Origin: an uncultured Verrucomicrobiae bacterium
GTDB taxonomy: Bacteria; Verrucomicrobiota; Verrucomicrobiia; Chthoniobacterales; JAFAMB01
DNA: 64,000 bases
NCBI GenBank assembly: GCA_963813025.1
Contig: CAWEXO010000011.1
Span: forward strand, 512,001 to 576,000
Direction of reading: 5' to 3'
Shown here: piece by piece, positions 62,634 through 64,000 of the stretch
Position numbering within the stretch: the first letter of the stretch is position 1
Layout of the letters: the number at the start of each line of letters is the position of its first letter
Translations under genes and position numbers: made by a program
The notes under the pieces: generated by a model
The model's database searches: none
What the model saw: the letters and a program-made list of their open reading frames with translations, nothing else
What the model was told of the DNA's origin: nothing

Positions 62634-63698
62634 ATGAAAACTTACCATATCGCGGCGATTCCCGGGGACGGCATCGGCAAGGAAGTCGTGCCTCAGGGCA
62701 CCCGGGTTCTCGATGCCGCCGCAAAACGGTTCGGTTTTGCAATGGACTGGCAACACTTCCCTTGGAGTTGCGAGTACTATCGGGAGACCGGCAGGATGAT
62801 GCCGGCCGACGGCCTTGAGCAGCTCCGGTCGTTTGACGCGATTTTTCTCGGTGCGGTCGGTTTTCCGGGTGTGCCGGACCACATCTCGCTTTGGGGTTTG
62901 CTGATACCAATTCGACGGACCTTCGAACAGTACGCCAACGTTCGGCCGGTGCGTCTCATGCCGGGGATCGTTTCTCCTCTCCGCGACCGCAATCTAGGGG
63001 ATATCGACTTCATCATTGTTCGCGAAAACAATGAAGGTGAGTACTCCTCGATCGGGGGAAGGATCTTCGAAGGCACCCCCAACGAGGTCGTCACTCAGGA
63101 GTCGGTTTTTACCCGGCGCGGCGTGGACCGGATCTTGCGTTACGCCTTTGAACTAGCTCGCAGCCGCAATCGCAAACACTTAACGTCAGCCACCAAGTCG
63201 AATGGCATTACTATTACCATGCCGTTCTGGGACGAGCGTTTCAATGCAATCAGTGCCGATTATCCAGATGTGCGGACGGATCAATTTCACATCGATATTC
63301 TAGCGGCCCATTTTGTTCTGCATCCGGACTGGTTCGAAGTCGTGGTCGGTTCAAACCTGTTTGGCGATATTCTTTCCGATTTAGGCCCAGCGTGCACTGG
63401 CACGATCGCGATCGCGCCTTCGGCTAATCTGAATCCCGAGAGGAATTATCCTTCGATGTTTGAACCGGTGCACGGATCGGCTCCAGACATCGCTGGGCGC
63501 GGTCTTGCTAATCCGATTGGCCAGATTTGGTCGGGTGCGATGATGGTTGAACATCTGGGCGAAAGCGAAGCGGCCCAAGAGATCGGGCGCGGAATTGAAC
63601 ACACGTTGCTCAAAGGTCTCCGGACAAGGGATCTTGGCGGGACAGCGACAACGGCGGAGATTGGAGCGGCGATTGCTGAAGCCTGTGTCAAGTCATAG
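62634..63698 (+). CDS. Tartrate dehydrogenase/decarboxylase (D-malate dehydrogenase family)
   Basis: PGDGIGKEV, PDHISLWGLL, TKSNGI, NLFGDILSD, EPVHGSAPDIAG. Confidence 0.92.
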   Translation: MKTYHIAAIPGDGIGKEVVPQGTRVLDAAAKRFGFAMDWQHFPWSCEYYRETGRMMPADGLEQLRSFDAIFLGAVGFPGVPDHISLWGLLIPIRRTFEQYANVRPVRLMPGIVSPLRDRNLGDIDFIIVRENNEGEYSSIGGRIFEGTPNEVVTQESVFTRRGVDRILRYAFELARSRNRKHLTSATKSNGITITMPFWDERFNAISADYPDVRTDQFHIDILAAHFVLHPDWFEVVVGSNLFGDILSDLGPACTGTIAIAPSANLNPERNYPSMFEPVHGSAPDIAGRGLANPIGQIWSGAMMVEHLGESEAAQEIGRGIEHTLLKGLRTRDLGGTATTAEIGAAIAEACVKS

Positions 63699-64000
63699 AT
63701 AGAGGTCGCAGCCCAATTCTCCGGTTGAGATTGTGGACGGGGGCCCGGTCTGTCGCGAAAATTCATTCGAGCGACAGGCGAGAACTTACTTGACGTGTCC
63801 GCCATAACCTTGGCGAAGGCGGAGCCATCTGGAGCGGGTGGTTCACCCAAGCGTCCGGCTCAAATAAATTTTCGCCCTACCGCCACAGGACAGTGCGGCA
63901 TTCTGAGACGATCTCTAGCGCTCGCGCGACCAAACGCTTGATGGCGCAGGACCAAAGACGGCTTGGGACATCCCTCGAACCTCTTTTCCCGAACCCTAGC

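Noticed and set aside
63860..64000. Guanidine-I (ykkC) riboswitch suggested by CTAGGGTTC on the minus strand
   Set aside because: The remaining consensus elements are absent and the region is cut by the window edge.

Overview
High-GC bacterial chromosomal segment. The gene content is compatible with Verrucomicrobia/Spartobacteria, but that is my inference. It is probably origin-proximal, since a perfect parS palindrome sits inside mnmG. Housekeeping and accessory content: a kdpFA potassium pump with an extra upstream micro-peptide and a non-KdpDE two-component system; a CusRS-like pair; the pdhABC-lpdA operon; mnmG; MarR with an RND pump carrying two adaptors; an IS630 with an abutting ~100-bp MITE; yhaM; oligopeptidase B; tRNA-Val(GAC) followed by a decayed integrative element and a large PAS/GAF sigma54 activator; class III FBPase; nirA with a CysJ-like flavoprotein; a SNF2 helicase with its partner; fadAB-like genes; a cNMP-thioredoxin reductase fusion; and tartrate dehydrogenase. 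The most striking unexplained structure is a REP-associated HUH/Y1 tyrosine transposase (RAYT, 37797-38789). It is bracketed by oppositely oriented clusters of an 11-bp motif, GGGGACAGGTC, which also forms direct-repeat arrays elsewhere (about 4.5, 7.1-7.5 and 54.3 kb). Beside it, two diverged copies of a ~180-nt structured element bracket a single cupin gene like a cassette. Many genes carry single-base frameshifts, often in homopolymers, which are most likely long-read assembly errors.
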